Origin: an uncultured Actinomycetes bacterium
GTDB lineage: Bacteria > Actinomycetota > Thermoleophilia > UBA2241
Assembly (NCBI GenBank): GCA_963709345.1
Contig: CAVPVX010000007.1
Coordinates: forward strand, 576,001 to 640,000
Direction of reading: 5' to 3'
DNA: 64,000 bases
Shown here: piece by piece, positions 19,551-31,513 of the stretch
Layout: each line of letters starts with the position of its first letter
Numbering within the stretch: the stretch's first letter is position 1
Made by a program: the position numbers and the translations under genes
Notes under the pieces: generated by a model
Databases searched by the model: none
What the model saw: only the letters and a program-made list of their open reading frames with translations
Told to the model about the DNA's origin: nothing

Positions 19551-20398
19551 TCACCTGGCTCACCGAGCCGTTCGCGCTCGAGTTCATGCAGCGTGCCCTG
19601 GCCGCATCGCTGATCGTCGGCGTGCTGTGCTCGGTGATCGGCTGCTTCGTCGTCCTGCGCTCCATGGCTTTTCTCGGCGACGCGCTCGCACACGCGATCC
19701 TGCCCGGCGTCGCGATCGCCTACCTGCTCGGCGCGAACCTGCTGCTCGGGGCGCTCGTCGCGGCCGTCCTCGTGGCGCTGGGGATCGGCCTCTTCTCGCG
19801 CCGCGGCGGCATGAAGGAGGACACGGCGATCGGAATCCTCTTCGCGGCCGCCCTCGCCCTCGGCGTCGTGCTCATCAGCACCGTGCGCTCCTATGCCACC
19901 GACCTCACGCACATCCTCTTCGGCAACGTCCTCGGCGTCACAGCCGGCGACCTCTGGCTCACCGGCCTGCTGGCGCTCGTCGTACTGGCCGTGCTGCTGC
20001 TCTTCTTCAAGGAGTTCCAGCTCGCGTCCTTCGACCCCGTGCTCGCCCACATGCTCGGCAAGCGCCCCGAGACGCTGCGCTTCGTGATGCTGATCCTGCT
20101 GGCGCTGACCATCGTGGTGGGGCTGCAGACCGTGGGCGTCGGCCTGGTCGCCGCCATGCTGGTCACTCCCGCGGCGACCGCCTACCTGCTCACCCGGCGG
20201 CTGGCGACGATGATGCTGGTCTCGGCCGTCATCGGCGCCGCGGCGAGCGTCACCGGCCTCTACGTGAGCTACTACATCGACGTCGCCTCCGGGGCGGCGG
20301 TCGTGCTCGCCGCCACCGCCGCCTTCCTCGTCGCCTACGTCGCCGCGCCGCGGCGAGGGCTCATCGCCCGGCGGACGGCGCGGCGGCGGCCCGCGTAG
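19547..20398 (+). CDS. znuB: Zn/Mn ABC transporter permease
   Basis: [25 protein letters not shown] and multiple TM helices. ATGA overlap with znuC. Confidence 0.9.
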   Translation: MITWLTEPFALEFMQRALAASLIVGVLCSVIGCFVVLRSMAFLGDALAHAILPGVAIAYLLGANLLLGALVAAVLVALGIGLFSRRGGMKEDTAIGILFAAALALGVVLISTVRSYATDLTHILFGNVLGVTAGDLWLTGLLALVVLAVLLLFFKEFQLASFDPVLAHMLGKRPETLRFVMLILLALTIVVGLQTVGVGLVAAMLVTPAATAYLLTRRLATMMLVSAVIGAAASVTGLYVSYYIDVASGAAVVLAATAAFLVAYVAAPRRGLIARRTARRRPA

Positions 20399-20518
20399 CG
20401 CCCCCCGCGAGACCGGAGTGAGGCCGCCCTTCGGCTGCCGGCGGAGCGTCTCCGCCGTTTCGCCGCGCCCGCCGGCGTGCATAGTGCCTTCAGGACCCCC
20501 ACACGAGGAGGATTCGAC

Positions 20519-20986
20519 ATGCCCACCACGCTCGTCCTGGGTTACGACGGTTCAGACTGCGCCAAGAACGCACTGGAGCACACCGCGGCGCTCGCGGCGC
20601 ACATCGACGACGTCGAGGTGCTCGTCGTGTACGCCTTCGAGTTCTCCGTCGGCTACGTCCCGATGGGCATGGCGGACTCTCCACTCCTGATGAGCGCCGA
20701 GTACGACAACCACGTCCAACTCATCCGCGAGTTCGGCGAGCAGCAGGTCGCGGAGGCCACCGCGCAGCTCACCGCGGCGGGCGTGCGGACGACCGGCGCC
20801 GTGACGGAGGGCCGGTCGGTCGACGTCCTGCTGGAGACCGCCCGGGAGAAGAGCGCAACCGCGATCGTCGTCGGCAGCCACGGACAGGGCGCCGTCTCGG
20901 CCGCCTTCCTCGGCTCGACGGCGCTCAAGCTGTTGCACCACAGCGACACCCCCGTCCTCGTCGTCCCCCAGCACGAGAAGAAGTGA
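20519..20986 (+). CDS. Universal stress protein (UspA family)
   Basis: LVLGYDGS, IVVGSHG..FLGSTA and PVLVV. GAGGAGG RBS. Confidence 0.9.
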   Translation: MPTTLVLGYDGSDCAKNALEHTAALAAHIDDVEVLVVYAFEFSVGYVPMGMADSPLLMSAEYDNHVQLIREFGEQQVAEATAQLTAAGVRTTGAVTEGRSVDVLLETAREKSATAIVVGSHGQGAVSAAFLGSTALKLLHHSDTPVLVVPQHEKK

Positions 20987-21056
20987 CGGCGACCCGCGAC
21001 CCGGCGGCGGCGGCCGGCGGCGTCACGCGACGCGACACGCATCCGAGGGAGGTGCG

Positions 21057-21434
21057 GTGAGCCCCTGGCAGAGACCGAATGAGACGCTGGTCGAGCTCCT
21101 GAGCGAGATCGTCGCCGGCATCGAGTTCGAGCAGCCGACCGGGCACCGGCTGATGTTCGGCTGCCCCTCGTACTTCACCGGCGGAAACATGTTCGCCGGC
21201 GTCTGGCAGGACACGGTGATGCTGCGCCTGCCCGAGGACGATCGGGCCGCCGTCGTCGCGGCCGGCGGCCACCCGTTCGAGCCGATGCCGGGCCGGGTCA
21301 TGAAGCAGTACGTGAGCCTGCCCGCTGCTCTGGCCGGGGACCGCGCGACCACGGCCGCCTGGGTGCGGAAGGCGGCGGCATACGCCGCAAGCCTGCCGCC
21401 CAAAGAGAAGTCGCGGCGAACGAAGAAGCGGTAG
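21057..21434 (+). CDS. TfoX/Sxy N-terminal domain protein
   Basis: MFGCP..F..GNMFAG, PFEPMPGRVMKQYV and LPPK. Confidence 0.8.
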   Translation: MSPWQRPNETLVELLSEIVAGIEFEQPTGHRLMFGCPSYFTGGNMFAGVWQDTVMLRLPEDDRAAVVAAGGHPFEPMPGRVMKQYVSLPAALAGDRATTAAWVRKAAAYAASLPPKEKSRRTKKR

Positions 21435-21470
21435 GCGCGGGCGCCGGGTTCTTCCGGCTCCCGCGCTTTC
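21435..21470 (+). terminator. Hairpin terminator between convergent genes
   Basis: GCGCGGG..GCCGG / CCGGC..CCCGCGC followed by TTTC. Confidence 0.5.
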
Positions 21471-21477
21471 CGCAAGG

Positions 21478-22398
21478 TCAGCGCCTCTGCTGCGACTGCC
21501 CCGGCGTCGGGTTGGGCTGCGTCGGCTTGGCGGGGATTGGAGCGATGCCCGCCAGGTCGCCGATCACGTTGACGAGGCTGCCGTCGGCCGGCACGACGAT
21601 CTTGGCGTTCTGCCAGAAGGCCTTCTCGACCGTCTCGAGCTTGCGCAGCACCTGGGCGTTGCCCACGAAGAACTGCTCGGCCGCCTCGTTGACCAGCTTG
21701 ATCGCCTGGGCCTCGCCCTCAGCTGCGAGGATCTTGCCCTGCCGCACGCCCTCCGCCTTCTTGATCTCGGCGCGGCGCTGGCCGTCGGCCTGCGTCTCGG
21801 TGGCGGTGGCATAGTCGATCGCGGAGATCTTCTCGTTCTCGGCCTTGACGACCTTGTTCATCGTCTCCTGGACGTCCGCCGGCGGGTCGATCTCCTTGAG
21901 CTCGGTGCGCAGGATCTCGAGGCCCCAGTTCGCGGTCTCGGTGCGGAGCGTCGTGCGCAGCTCCTCGTTGATGCGGCCGCGCTCGCTGTTCGCCGACTTG
22001 AGACTCAAGGTGCCGATGATGTTACGCAGCGTGGTGCGCGCGAGCTGCACGATCTGGATCTGGTAGTTGGCCACGTTGTACTGCGAGGCCTTCACGCTCT
22101 CTTCGTCGAGCTTCACCTTGAGATAGACCTGCGCGTCGACCCGGGCGTTCAGGTTGTCGTTGGTGATGATCGTCTGCGGCGTGGCGTCGACGAGGGTCTC
22201 GCGGATGTCGACCTGGTACATCTTCTCTATGCCGTACGGGATCGTGAGGTGGATCCCCGGTCCGGCGAACCGGTTGTACTTGCCGAGACGCTCGACGAGC
22301 CCACGGTGCGTGGGGCGCACGATGCGGATCCCGGACAGGATGGTGATCACGATGAAGACGACGACCACCGCGATGACGACGAGAGCTACCCAGCCCAT
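21478..22398 (-). CDS. SPFH/band 7 (stomatin/QmcA-like) membrane protein
   Basis: N-terminal TM, VERLGKY, TTLRNIIG and coiled-coil AEG repeats. Confidence 0.9.
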   Translation of the reverse strand: MGWVALVVIAVVVVFIVITILSGIRIVRPTHRGLVERLGKYNRFAGPGIHLTIPYGIEKMYQVDIRETLVDATPQTIITNDNLNARVDAQVYLKVKLDEESVKASQYNVANYQIQIVQLARTTLRNIIGTLSLKSANSERGRINEELRTTLRTETANWGLEILRTELKEIDPPADVQETMNKVVKAENEKISAIDYATATETQADGQRRAEIKKAEGVRQGKILAAEGEAQAIKLVNEAAEQFFVGNAQVLRKLETVEKAFWQNAKIVVPADGSLVNVIGDLAGIAPIPAKPTQPNPTPGQSQQRR

Positions 22399-22551
22399 AT
22401 CGACCCCTTTCGAGCGAGCGCGGGCACGGCCGGCGGCCGTCGCACTCACGATGATGTTCACAGATCATGCTAGGGCCGGGCGGGCTGAAAGACAAGGGCC
22501 GGGGCCGAGGCGGGGGCGTCGGGCAGGCACGCGACGCGCCGGGCTCCGCCC

Positions 22552-23355
22552 TCAGAGCCCGAGCAGCCCCGGCAGATCGGCGACCGAGCCGATGATGTGA
22601 TCCGGCGTGCCGCCGGCGCGGGCAAGCGCCTCCGGGCGGAACTTGCCCGTGCGCACCAGCACGCCGGTGATGCCGACGGCCTGGGCCGCAAGGACGTCGC
22701 CGCGCACGTCGTCGCCGATCATCGCGACGCGCTCGGCAGGCAGGCCGAGGTCGCGGACGGCGGCGAGAAACGCCTCGGGCGCCGGCTTGCCGAGCACGAC
22801 GGCCTCGACGCCGGCGGCGAGCTCCAGGCCGGCGAGATAGGCGCCGGCGTCGAGGTTCTCGCCGTCCGTCGTCATCCAGATGAGGTTGCGGTGCATCGCG
22901 ACCAGGCGGGCGCCGCCGTGCAGGGCGCGCAGCACGCGGTTGAAAGTGGCGAACGTGTAGGAGTCGTCGGCGCCTGACACGAGGATCACCTCCGGATCCT
23001 CGTCGACGCCGACGAGCCGGACGCCCTGCAGATCCTCGGCCTGCGCGTCTCCGAGCAAGAACACCCGTGCCCCCGGGTGTCGCTCGCGGAGGTAGGCCGC
23101 GGCCGCGACGGGCGTGGTCATGATGTGGTCGTCGGGGACCTCGAAGCCGCCGACGCGCAGGGACTCGCCCATCCGCGGCCGGCTGCGCCCCGTCGTGTTG
23201 GTGACGAGGCGCAGCGGCAGCCCGGCGGCCCTGATCCGCGCGAAGGCCGCGACGGCTCCCGGAAGCGGCCGCCACGACACGGTGAGCACGCCGTCCATGT
23301 CGAAGAGCAGGCCCTCGATATGCGCCGGCGTCATGTGCGTCGTCCTCGTCGTCAT
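22552..23355 (-). CDS. HAD-IIA family hydrolase (LHPP/NagD-like)
   Basis: FDMDGVL, VTNTT, GKP and MIGDD..DV. Confidence 0.88.
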   Translation of the reverse strand: MTTRTTHMTPAHIEGLLFDMDGVLTVSWRPLPGAVAAFARIRAAGLPLRLVTNTTGRSRPRMGESLRVGGFEVPDDHIMTTPVAAAAYLRERHPGARVFLLGDAQAEDLQGVRLVGVDEDPEVILVSGADDSYTFATFNRVLRALHGGARLVAMHRNLIWMTTDGENLDAGAYLAGLELAAGVEAVVLGKPAPEAFLAAVRDLGLPAERVAMIGDDVRGDVLAAQAVGITGVLVRTGKFRPEALARAGGTPDHIIGSVADLPGLLGL

Positions 23356-23446
23356 GCGCGTCGTCCCTTCTCCGCGAGTCCACCCCGCATGCCGGCGCCG
23401 TCCGAACGGCGCCCGCCGAGATGGCGGCACGGCAGCAGGGTCACAG

Positions 23447-23536
23447 TGGTGCCGGAGCCGGGACTCGAACCCGGACGCCGCACATGGCGACAGAGGATTT
23501 TAAGTCCCCGGCGTCTACCAGTTCCGCCACTCCGGC
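23447..23536 (-). tRNA. tRNA-Leu (anticodon TAA)
   Basis: GCCGGAG acceptor stem, anticodon loop CT-TAA-AA, long variable arm, GGTTCGA and encoded CCA. Confidence 0.95.
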
Positions 23537-23899
23537 ACGGCAGCAGTATATGACGAGGCGAAGAGCGCGGCGGAGCGGTCGGCTGGACGGGGCAGGCTCA
23601 AGGATGAGAACCGGGACCGGGAGCGAGGTCGCGCCGGCGGCCGGCGCCGCATGCGAAGGCGGGAGCGGCTCCGGCTCAGCCGGTGGCCGGGCCGAGCGCC
23701 CCGGTCACTATGAGCCAGGCGGCGAAGACGAAGAGCGGCGTGCGACGGTGCGAGCCGCGAGACGACGAACGCACACAAGCGACCTCCGGGGAGTGCACGG
23801 ACCCTTGCACCCGACGGTACTGACGCCGCGCGCGGTGGTCAACCCGGACGCCCGGTGACCGGCGACACCGTCGGGCGCGCTGCTGCCGCGTCGCGCGAA

Positions 23900-24886
23900 T
23901 CAGGCGGCCGGCCCGAGCGCACCTTCGGCGAGCGCGAGGGCGGCGCCCTCGAGGATGTCGGCCTCGCTGACGCAAACGGCGTCGAGCCCGAAGGCGGCGC
24001 ATGCTTCGCGCGCGATGAGCGCGCCGGCCAGGATGACATCCTCGCGGCCGGGCTGGATTCCCGGCAGCCGGCCGCGCTCGGCGCTGGTGAAGCGGGCGAA
24101 CAGCGCCACGGCCGCCTCGATGTCGGCGAGCGTGAGCACGTGGCCCTGGACGAGCTGGGCGTCGTACTCGCGCATGCCCAGCTTGTGGGCGACCAGCGTC
24201 GTGTAGGTGCCGGCCACGCCGACCGCGCCGCCGACGGCGGCGCGCAGGTCGGCCGGCACGCCGCGGGCGACGGCGGCGGCGACGTGGCCCGACAGGGCCG
24301 CGACCTCCGTGGTGGTCGGCGGGTCGGCACCGAAGAACCGCTCGGTGAGGCGCACGACGCCGACATCGAGACTGCGCACGAACGCCGGCGCTCGCCCGGC
24401 CAAGCCGATCGCGAACTCGGTGCTGCCGCCGCCGATGTCGACGAGCAGCAGGGGATCGGGAACGGCGTCGGATCCCCCGCCCGACCCGGCGCCCGGGACG
24501 CCGGCAGGCGCGGCGAGCCACGATGTTCCGCCGCGGAAGGCGAGGGCTCCCTCCTCCTCCCCGCTGACGACCCGCCACGGCAACGCGAAGTCACGCTCGA
24601 GGGCTTCCAGGAACTCACGCCCGTCGGCGGCGTCGCGGAGGACGCTGGTGGCGACCAGCAGGCGCCGCGCCGGGCCGTAGGCCTCGAGGCGTGGCGCATA
24701 GCCCGCGATGCAGGCCCGCGTGCGGGCCACGGCGTCGGGGTGGAGCCGGCCCGTGCGGTCCACGCCCTGCCCCAGGCGGACAACGGTCGTGACTCGGGCG
24801 GTGGGCCGTACGGCGGCGACCTCGTCCACCTCGGCGAGAAACAGCCGGCAGGTGTTCGTGCCCAGGTCGACGACCGCGACCTTCAC
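23900..24886 (-). CDS. ppx: Ppx/GppA family exopolyphosphatase
   Basis: VDLGTNTCR, VRLGQG, SGEEEG and DIGGGSTE. Confidence 0.9.
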   Translation of the reverse strand: MKVAVVDLGTNTCRLFLAEVDEVAAVRPTARVTTVVRLGQGVDRTGRLHPDAVARTRACIAGYAPRLEAYGPARRLLVATSVLRDAADGREFLEALERDFALPWRVVSGEEEGALAFRGGTSWLAAPAGVPGAGSGGGSDAVPDPLLLVDIGGGSTEFAIGLAGRAPAFVRSLDVGVVRLTERFFGADPPTTTEVAALSGHVAAAVARGVPADLRAAVGGAVGVAGTYTTLVAHKLGMREYDAQLVQGHVLTLADIEAAVALFARFTSAERGRLPGIQPGREDVILAGALIAREACAAFGLDAVCVSEADILEGAALALAEGALGPAA

Positions 24887-25431
24887 GCGACGCCGTCCGG
24901 CAGCCGGGCGGCGCACCGCCGGTCGTCGCACCACAGGGCGTCCAGCTCGGCTATCACGGCCTCGCCGAAGAGGTAGCCGGGGCTCGCGAGAGCGTGTGCG
25001 ACGTGCGCGTGCAGGCACTTGACGGCGCGCACGTCGCGCACCCCTCCCACCCCGGTCTCGAGCGAGGCTCCACCGTCGAGCATCAGTCGTGGGTACAGAC
25101 CCACGAGCTCCCGGCGGCGAGCCGTCTCGGCCGTGGCCGCACCGAGGACGGAGTGCGTGAGCGCGGCGTCTGCCGCGAGGCGCCTCGTCCAGGCTGTGAC
25201 GCCGCCGGCGCTCTCGAGCCGCGCCACCTCGACGACGAGCGTCGGGCAGGTGCAGTAGTACAGGGTCGGGAAGGGTCGCCCCTCGAGATCGTACGGCAGA
25301 TCCTCGACGACGGCGGGGAACCCGAAGGGGCACCGCGCGGCGACGGCGCTCATGGCCTGTGGCCGGCGTCCGAGCTGGCCGGCGACGACCGCAAGGTCGC
25401 CGCCGGAGACGAGCCCGGGCGCAGCGCTCAC
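24883..25431 (-). CDS. DUF501 family protein
   Basis: QLGR, PFPTLY, LES.GG and VKCLHAH. Syntenic between ftsB and ppx. Confidence 0.85.
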   Translation of the reverse strand: MSAAPGLVSGGDLAVVAGQLGRRPQAMSAVAARCPFGFPAVVEDLPYDLEGRPFPTLYYCTCPTLVVEVARLESAGGVTAWTRRLAADAALTHSVLGAATAETARRRELVGLYPRLMLDGGASLETGVGGVRDVRAVKCLHAHVAHALASPGYLFGEAVIAELDALWCDDRRCAARLPDGVA

Positions 25432-25438
25432 GGGCGCC

Positions 25439-25888
25439 TCAGCGACGCAGCGTACGCCACAGGTCCTCGATGCGGTCGAGGACGGAGATGGAGCTCTCGG
25501 TGGGCACGGTGGCGAGGATCTCGGCGTCGGCATCACTGCCCGGCAGCCCCTTGACGACGAACACCTGGGTGCCGGGCGGGACGAGCATGGAGTCGGTGCG
25601 CGCACGCTGGGCGATGTACGCCTTGGTGGTCAGAAGCTCCACCTGCCGCGCGAGCGCCGCATTGTCGGTGCGCGCCGCCTCGAGCGAGGCCGAAGCCTTC
25701 TGATACCGGTCCTGCTGCGCGAAGAAGTCGCGCAGCGGCGCGACGTAGAGGGCTGCGGCGATGAGGATGAGCGCCAGCGCGGCGAGGCGCCCCAGGCGCA
25801 GCTGCGGCGCAGTACCGCGACGCGCACCGGGAGGCGCACGTCGTCCCCGCTTCACTCCGGAGGACCCGGCTGTGGTCGCGTGCGCCAC
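25439..25888 (-). CDS. ftsB: Septum formation initiator (FtsB/DivIC)
   Basis: Basic N-terminus, TM, coiled coil and YIAQRAR..LVPPG. Lies downstream of eno. Confidence 0.75.
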   Translation of the reverse strand: MAHATTAGSSGVKRGRRAPPGARRGTAPQLRLGRLAALALILIAAALYVAPLRDFFAQQDRYQKASASLEAARTDNAALARQVELLTTKAYIAQRARTDSMLVPPGTQVFVVKGLPGSDADAEILATVPTESSISVLDRIEDLWRTLRR

Positions 25889-26014
25889 GCTGTCTCGCTC
25901 CCTGCTCGCCGCTGCCGGCCGCCCGCGTTCCGCAGGCCGGCCGCTTCCCACCCATAGGATTCGCGACCCCCGGCGCGACTCCCTGCCCGCGTGCCGTGAC
26001 GGCGAGAGAAGCGC

Positions 26015-26806
26015 CTACTTCGGCAGCTGCTCGAGACTCGCTTCGGCCTGCTGGCCGGCCTCCGACGCCGGGTCGATGGCAGCGGCGCGCGTGAAGGCGG
26101 TGCGTGCCTGGTCGAAGAGCTTCTGCGCCTGCTTCTCGTCACCCTCCTGCTCGGCGAGACGCGCCCCATGACTCAGGAAGACGGCCTTGTTGAGCCAGGC
26201 CTTCTGGAAGTCGGGGTTCGCCTCGATGACCACGTCGATGCGCTCGAGCGCGCCGGGGATGTCGCCGCTGTAGAAGAGCGCGACGCTGTAGTCGGTGCCG
26301 AGCGCCGGGTCGCCCGGCTGTTTCTTCCACGCCGCCGCGTACACCTCGGCCGCAGCCGAGAAGAACGCGCTGCCCTGCTCGAAGTCCTGATTGCGGAACG
26401 CGGCGCCACCCTGATCGTAGAGGCCGTCGCCCCGATCGACGAGCTCGCGGTAGCTCCCGCTCGTGTCGGCGGTCACGGCCGTCGCCTCCGCCGGACTCTC
26501 CGCCATGCCCCCACCGTCGCCGGAGGAGTCGCCGCCGAAGCCCCCGGAGGCCATGACGACGATGATGACGATGACTGCGAGAGCGCCGAAGCCGCCCCAG
26601 ATGACCGCCGGCGAGAGACGGCCGGACGGCTCGTTCGAGGCAGCCGGCGTCGCCGCGCCGCCCTTGTCGCCGGACCGGCCGGCCTTGCCGCCCTGCCGTA
26701 CGGTCGATCTGTCGCGCAAGGCGCTCTTCACGCCGCTCAGGTCCGCCCCGCACTCGGAGCAGAACTTGGCGTCGCCGGCGTCGTTTCCGCATTCGGGACA
26801 GTACAT
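26015..26806 (-). CDS. Zinc-ribbon, TM and TPR-repeat protein
   Basis: MYCPECG..AKFCSECG, one TM helix and TPR-like helices. Confidence 0.75.
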   Translation of the reverse strand: MYCPECGNDAGDAKFCSECGADLSGVKSALRDRSTVRQGGKAGRSGDKGGAATPAASNEPSGRLSPAVIWGGFGALAVIVIIVVMASGGFGGDSSGDGGGMAESPAEATAVTADTSGSYRELVDRGDGLYDQGGAAFRNQDFEQGSAFFSAAAEVYAAAWKKQPGDPALGTDYSVALFYSGDIPGALERIDVVIEANPDFQKAWLNKAVFLSHGARLAEQEGDEKQAQKLFDQARTAFTRAAAIDPASEAGQQAEASLEQLPK

Positions 26807-27014
26807 GCTCGCGATTCCTCCGCGTCGTCCGATGGGCCTTCCGGCAGGGTCGCCACCCTGCGACCCGCATCCTCCTGCCCGGAGCAGGCGCCGCGGGGAC
26901 GCCCTCAGTGGTAGGCTCGGCGGCGAGCCGTCGCCGATGTGTGAAGGGATACTGTGCGCGAGGGAGCACCCGATCTGCAACTCGTGGGCCGGCTCTTCCC
27001 CCCCGAGCGCGGAT

Positions 27015-29134
<2,120 letters not shown>

Positions 29135-29163
29135 TCACAGACTCCGACAAGAGGACGGAGCTC

Positions 29164-29247
29164 ATGCCCGACATCGAGGAAGAACTGATGACGTGTCCCG
29201 AATGCGGCGGGCTCGACATCGAGCTCGTCGAGGCGCCGGCGGCCTGA
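29164..29247 (+). CDS. Putative 27-aa acidic CxxC peptide MPDIEEELMTCPECGGLDIELVEAPAA
   Basis: GAGGACGGAG RBS, high-GC3 codon usage, zinc-knuckle CPECG and a hairpin over the stop codon. Confidence 0.55.
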   Translation: MPDIEEELMTCPECGGLDIELVEAPAA

Positions 29248-29262
29248 GGCCGGCCGCCGGCC

Positions 29263-30438
29263 TCAGCCAGCCTCGGCGGCCTTGGCGCGCTGGTAGTACT
29301 CCTCCTGATGCGCCGTCTCGAGAGCCGTCCACTCGACGCCATCGGCGGCGGCCAAGGCCGCCGCGCCGGTCACGCGACGCTCGAAGCGTCGGCCGGCCTC
29401 GCGCAGCGCCAGTTCCGGGTCGACGTGCAGGAGGCGGGCGACGTTGACCGTGGCGAAGAGCAGGTCGCCGACCTCGTGAGCGACCCGCGGGTCGCTGCGG
29501 TGCGGGTCCGGTCCGGCGTGGGTCCCGGCCTCCGCCTCGGCGAAGAGCTCGGCCAGCTCGGCGTGCTCTTCGGCGACCTTGGGGAATGCCTCGGCCGCCG
29601 AGGACCAGTCGAACCCGACGCTCGCGACGCGCTGCTGCAGCTTCTTCACGTACAGCAGCGCCGGAAAGCCGGCCGGGACGTCGTGGAAGATGCCCTCGCG
29701 ACCTTCCTGCTCGACCTTGATGCGCTCCCAGCGGCTCTTGACCTCGGCCGGAGTGTCGGCCACGGCGTCGGCGAAGACGTGCGGATGCCGGCGGATGAGC
29801 TTGACCTCGATGTCGCGGGCGACGCTGGCGAGATCGCCAGCGCCCTCTTCGCTGAGCATGAGGGCGAGCAGCACGACCTGCAGCAGCAGGTCGCCGAGCT
29901 CGCCGTGCTCTGCCGCCAGATCGCCGGCGGCGATGGCGTCGGCAAGTTCGTGCACCTCTTCGACGGTGTAGCCGACGATGTCGCGCGGCGTCTGCTCGCG
30001 GTCCCAGGGGCACTCGGCGCGCAGCACGTCGACGATGCGCTTGAGCGAGACCAGTTCCTGGCCGAGCAGGGCGTCGTCGAAGGACTGGGCGTCCGGGATG
30101 GTGACGATCGGCACGGCGTGTGGAGCGGCGCCCGGCGCTCCGACAGCTGCCCGCCGGCGCAGCGCCCGCGCCAGCTGCGGGCCCTGAGGACCGGCGAGCG
30201 CCACCACGACCTCGCCGTCCGACGCGCTGCGCACCACGTCGTCGAGCCCGTCGCCGTCCGAGGGGTCGAGCTCGAGCAGCCGGCCGTAGCCGGGGTCGGC
30301 GGCCTCGGCGACGAGTTCGCGCAGATCCCCGTTGAGGCCGACCGGCACGAAGACGGCGCCACCGGCGGCGAGCGCCCGCAGTGAGCCTGCGGGCGCCAAG
30401 CCGGCGGCGGCGCCGATGTATACGAGCCTGAGACTCAT
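29263..30438 (-). CDS. mazG: MazG nucleoside triphosphate pyrophosphohydrolase with N-terminal extension (YabN-like)
   Basis: CPWDREQT, EEVHE, ELGDLL, KLIRRHPHVF, GFDW and EVGDLLF. Confidence 0.9.
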   Translation of the reverse strand: MSLRLVYIGAAAGLAPAGSLRALAAGGAVFVPVGLNGDLRELVAEAADPGYGRLLELDPSDGDGLDDVVRSASDGEVVVALAGPQGPQLARALRRRAAVGAPGAAPHAVPIVTIPDAQSFDDALLGQELVSLKRIVDVLRAECPWDREQTPRDIVGYTVEEVHELADAIAAGDLAAEHGELGDLLLQVVLLALMLSEEGAGDLASVARDIEVKLIRRHPHVFADAVADTPAEVKSRWERIKVEQEGREGIFHDVPAGFPALLYVKKLQQRVASVGFDWSSAAEAFPKVAEEHAELAELFAEAEAGTHAGPDPHRSDPRVAHEVGDLLFATVNVARLLHVDPELALREAGRRFERRVTGAAALAAADGVEWTALETAHQEEYYQRAKAAEAG

Positions 30439-30472
30439 CGTCGTGTCACGACGCCCCGAAGGGCAGGTGTCG

Positions 30473-31513
30473 TTACTCCGACGGCGAGGGAGACGGCTCC
30501 GTCGAGGCGGCCGCGCTCGGTGACGCGGTCAGCATCGCGGGATCGTAGCCGGGAGCGTAGACCACGTCTGCGTCTTTCGTGGCCTGCTTCAGCCAGTCCT
30601 CCCACGACGTCGACTGCTTCTGGAACTTGAGCTGCTGCTCGATCGTCGCCTTGGCCTCTTCGAAGGTCTGCTCGGAGCCCGGAGTCTTCTTCGTGACCTC
30701 GATGACGTGCCAGCCGAACTGGCTCTTGACGGGAGCGGAGACCTCGCCGATCGCGAGCGCGAAGGCGGCCTCCTCGAACTCCGGCACCATGCGTCCCTTG
30801 GGGAAGTTGCCGAGAGCACCACCGCTGTTCTTGGAGCCGGGGTCGGTGGAGTACTCCTTGGCGACTTTCTTCCAGTTGGCGTCGCTGTTGTCGGCATCGA
30901 GAAGCTTCTGGACCTTCTCGGCGTCGGCCTTGGACTTGACGAGCACGTGCCGGGCGTCGACCGACTCGGCGACGACGAACTGCTCCTTGTTCTTCGGGTC
31001 CTCGAAGTAGGTCTTCATGTCTGCTTCAGTGACCTCGACCGACTCGTTGACCTTCTTCTGCACGGCCTCCTGGAGCATCTGCGACTCGAGTTGCACCTCG
31101 AGCTCCGCCATTGTCACGGCCTGCTCGCCGAGCAGCTCTTCGAGCTTCTTCTTGCCGCCGACCTGCTTGGTGATCTCGTCCATGCGCTCGGCGATCTGCT
31201 TGTCGGTCACCGACACGTCCATCTCGGCGGCCTGCTGCTTGATGATCTCGTTCTGGACCAGGTAGTTGACGATGCTCGCTTTGAGCTGGTTGTACTGCTC
31301 GCTGCCGTCTTTGGGGAACGGCGGCGCGCCCTCTTGCGATGTGTACTGCGCCTCGGCCTGCTTCCAGATCTGGTCGAACTGATCTTGGGTGACGACGCCG
31401 TCACCGACGGCGGCGATGGCGCCGGCGGGGACCTTGTTGCCTCCGCACGCAGCCAGTGCGAGCACAGGCACGAGCAGGGCGAGCAACGCCACGCCCATGA
31501 TGAGCTTCTTCAT
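30473..31513 (-). CDS. prsA: PrsA-like parvulin foldase lipoprotein
   Basis: Lipobox LAAC, ARHVLV, GG.LG, MVPEFE and KSQFGWHVI. Confidence 0.88.
   Translation of the reverse strand: MKKLIMGVALLALLVPVLALAACGGNKVPAGAIAAVGDGVVTQDQFDQIWKQAEAQYTSQEGAPPFPKDGSEQYNQLKASIVNYLVQNEIIKQQAAEMDVSVTDKQIAERMDEITKQVGGKKKLEELLGEQAVTMAELEVQLESQMLQEAVQKKVNESVEVTEADMKTYFEDPKNKEQFVVAESVDARHVLVKSKADAEKVQKLLDADNSDANWKKVAKEYSTDPGSKNSGGALGNFPKGRMVPEFEEAAFALAIGEVSAPVKSQFGWHVIEVTKKTPGSEQTFEEAKATIEQQLKFQKQSTSWEDWLKQATKDADVVYAPGYDPAMLTASPSAAASTEPSPSPSE

Noticed and set aside
18731-20398. Apparent 555-aa ATPase-permease fusion ORF
   Set aside because: This is an artefact of the znuC frameshift running into the znuB frame. 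The middle part is non-protein-like.
22446-22464. Half Rex/CRP site (TTCACA) upstream of the SPFH gene
   Set aside because: Only one arm matches, so it is not a palindrome.
23560-23860. Signal-peptide-like fragment (PLFVFAAWLIVTGALG) upstream of tRNA-Leu
   Set aside because: It is interrupted by a stop and has no recognisable family or RBS, so it cannot be supported.
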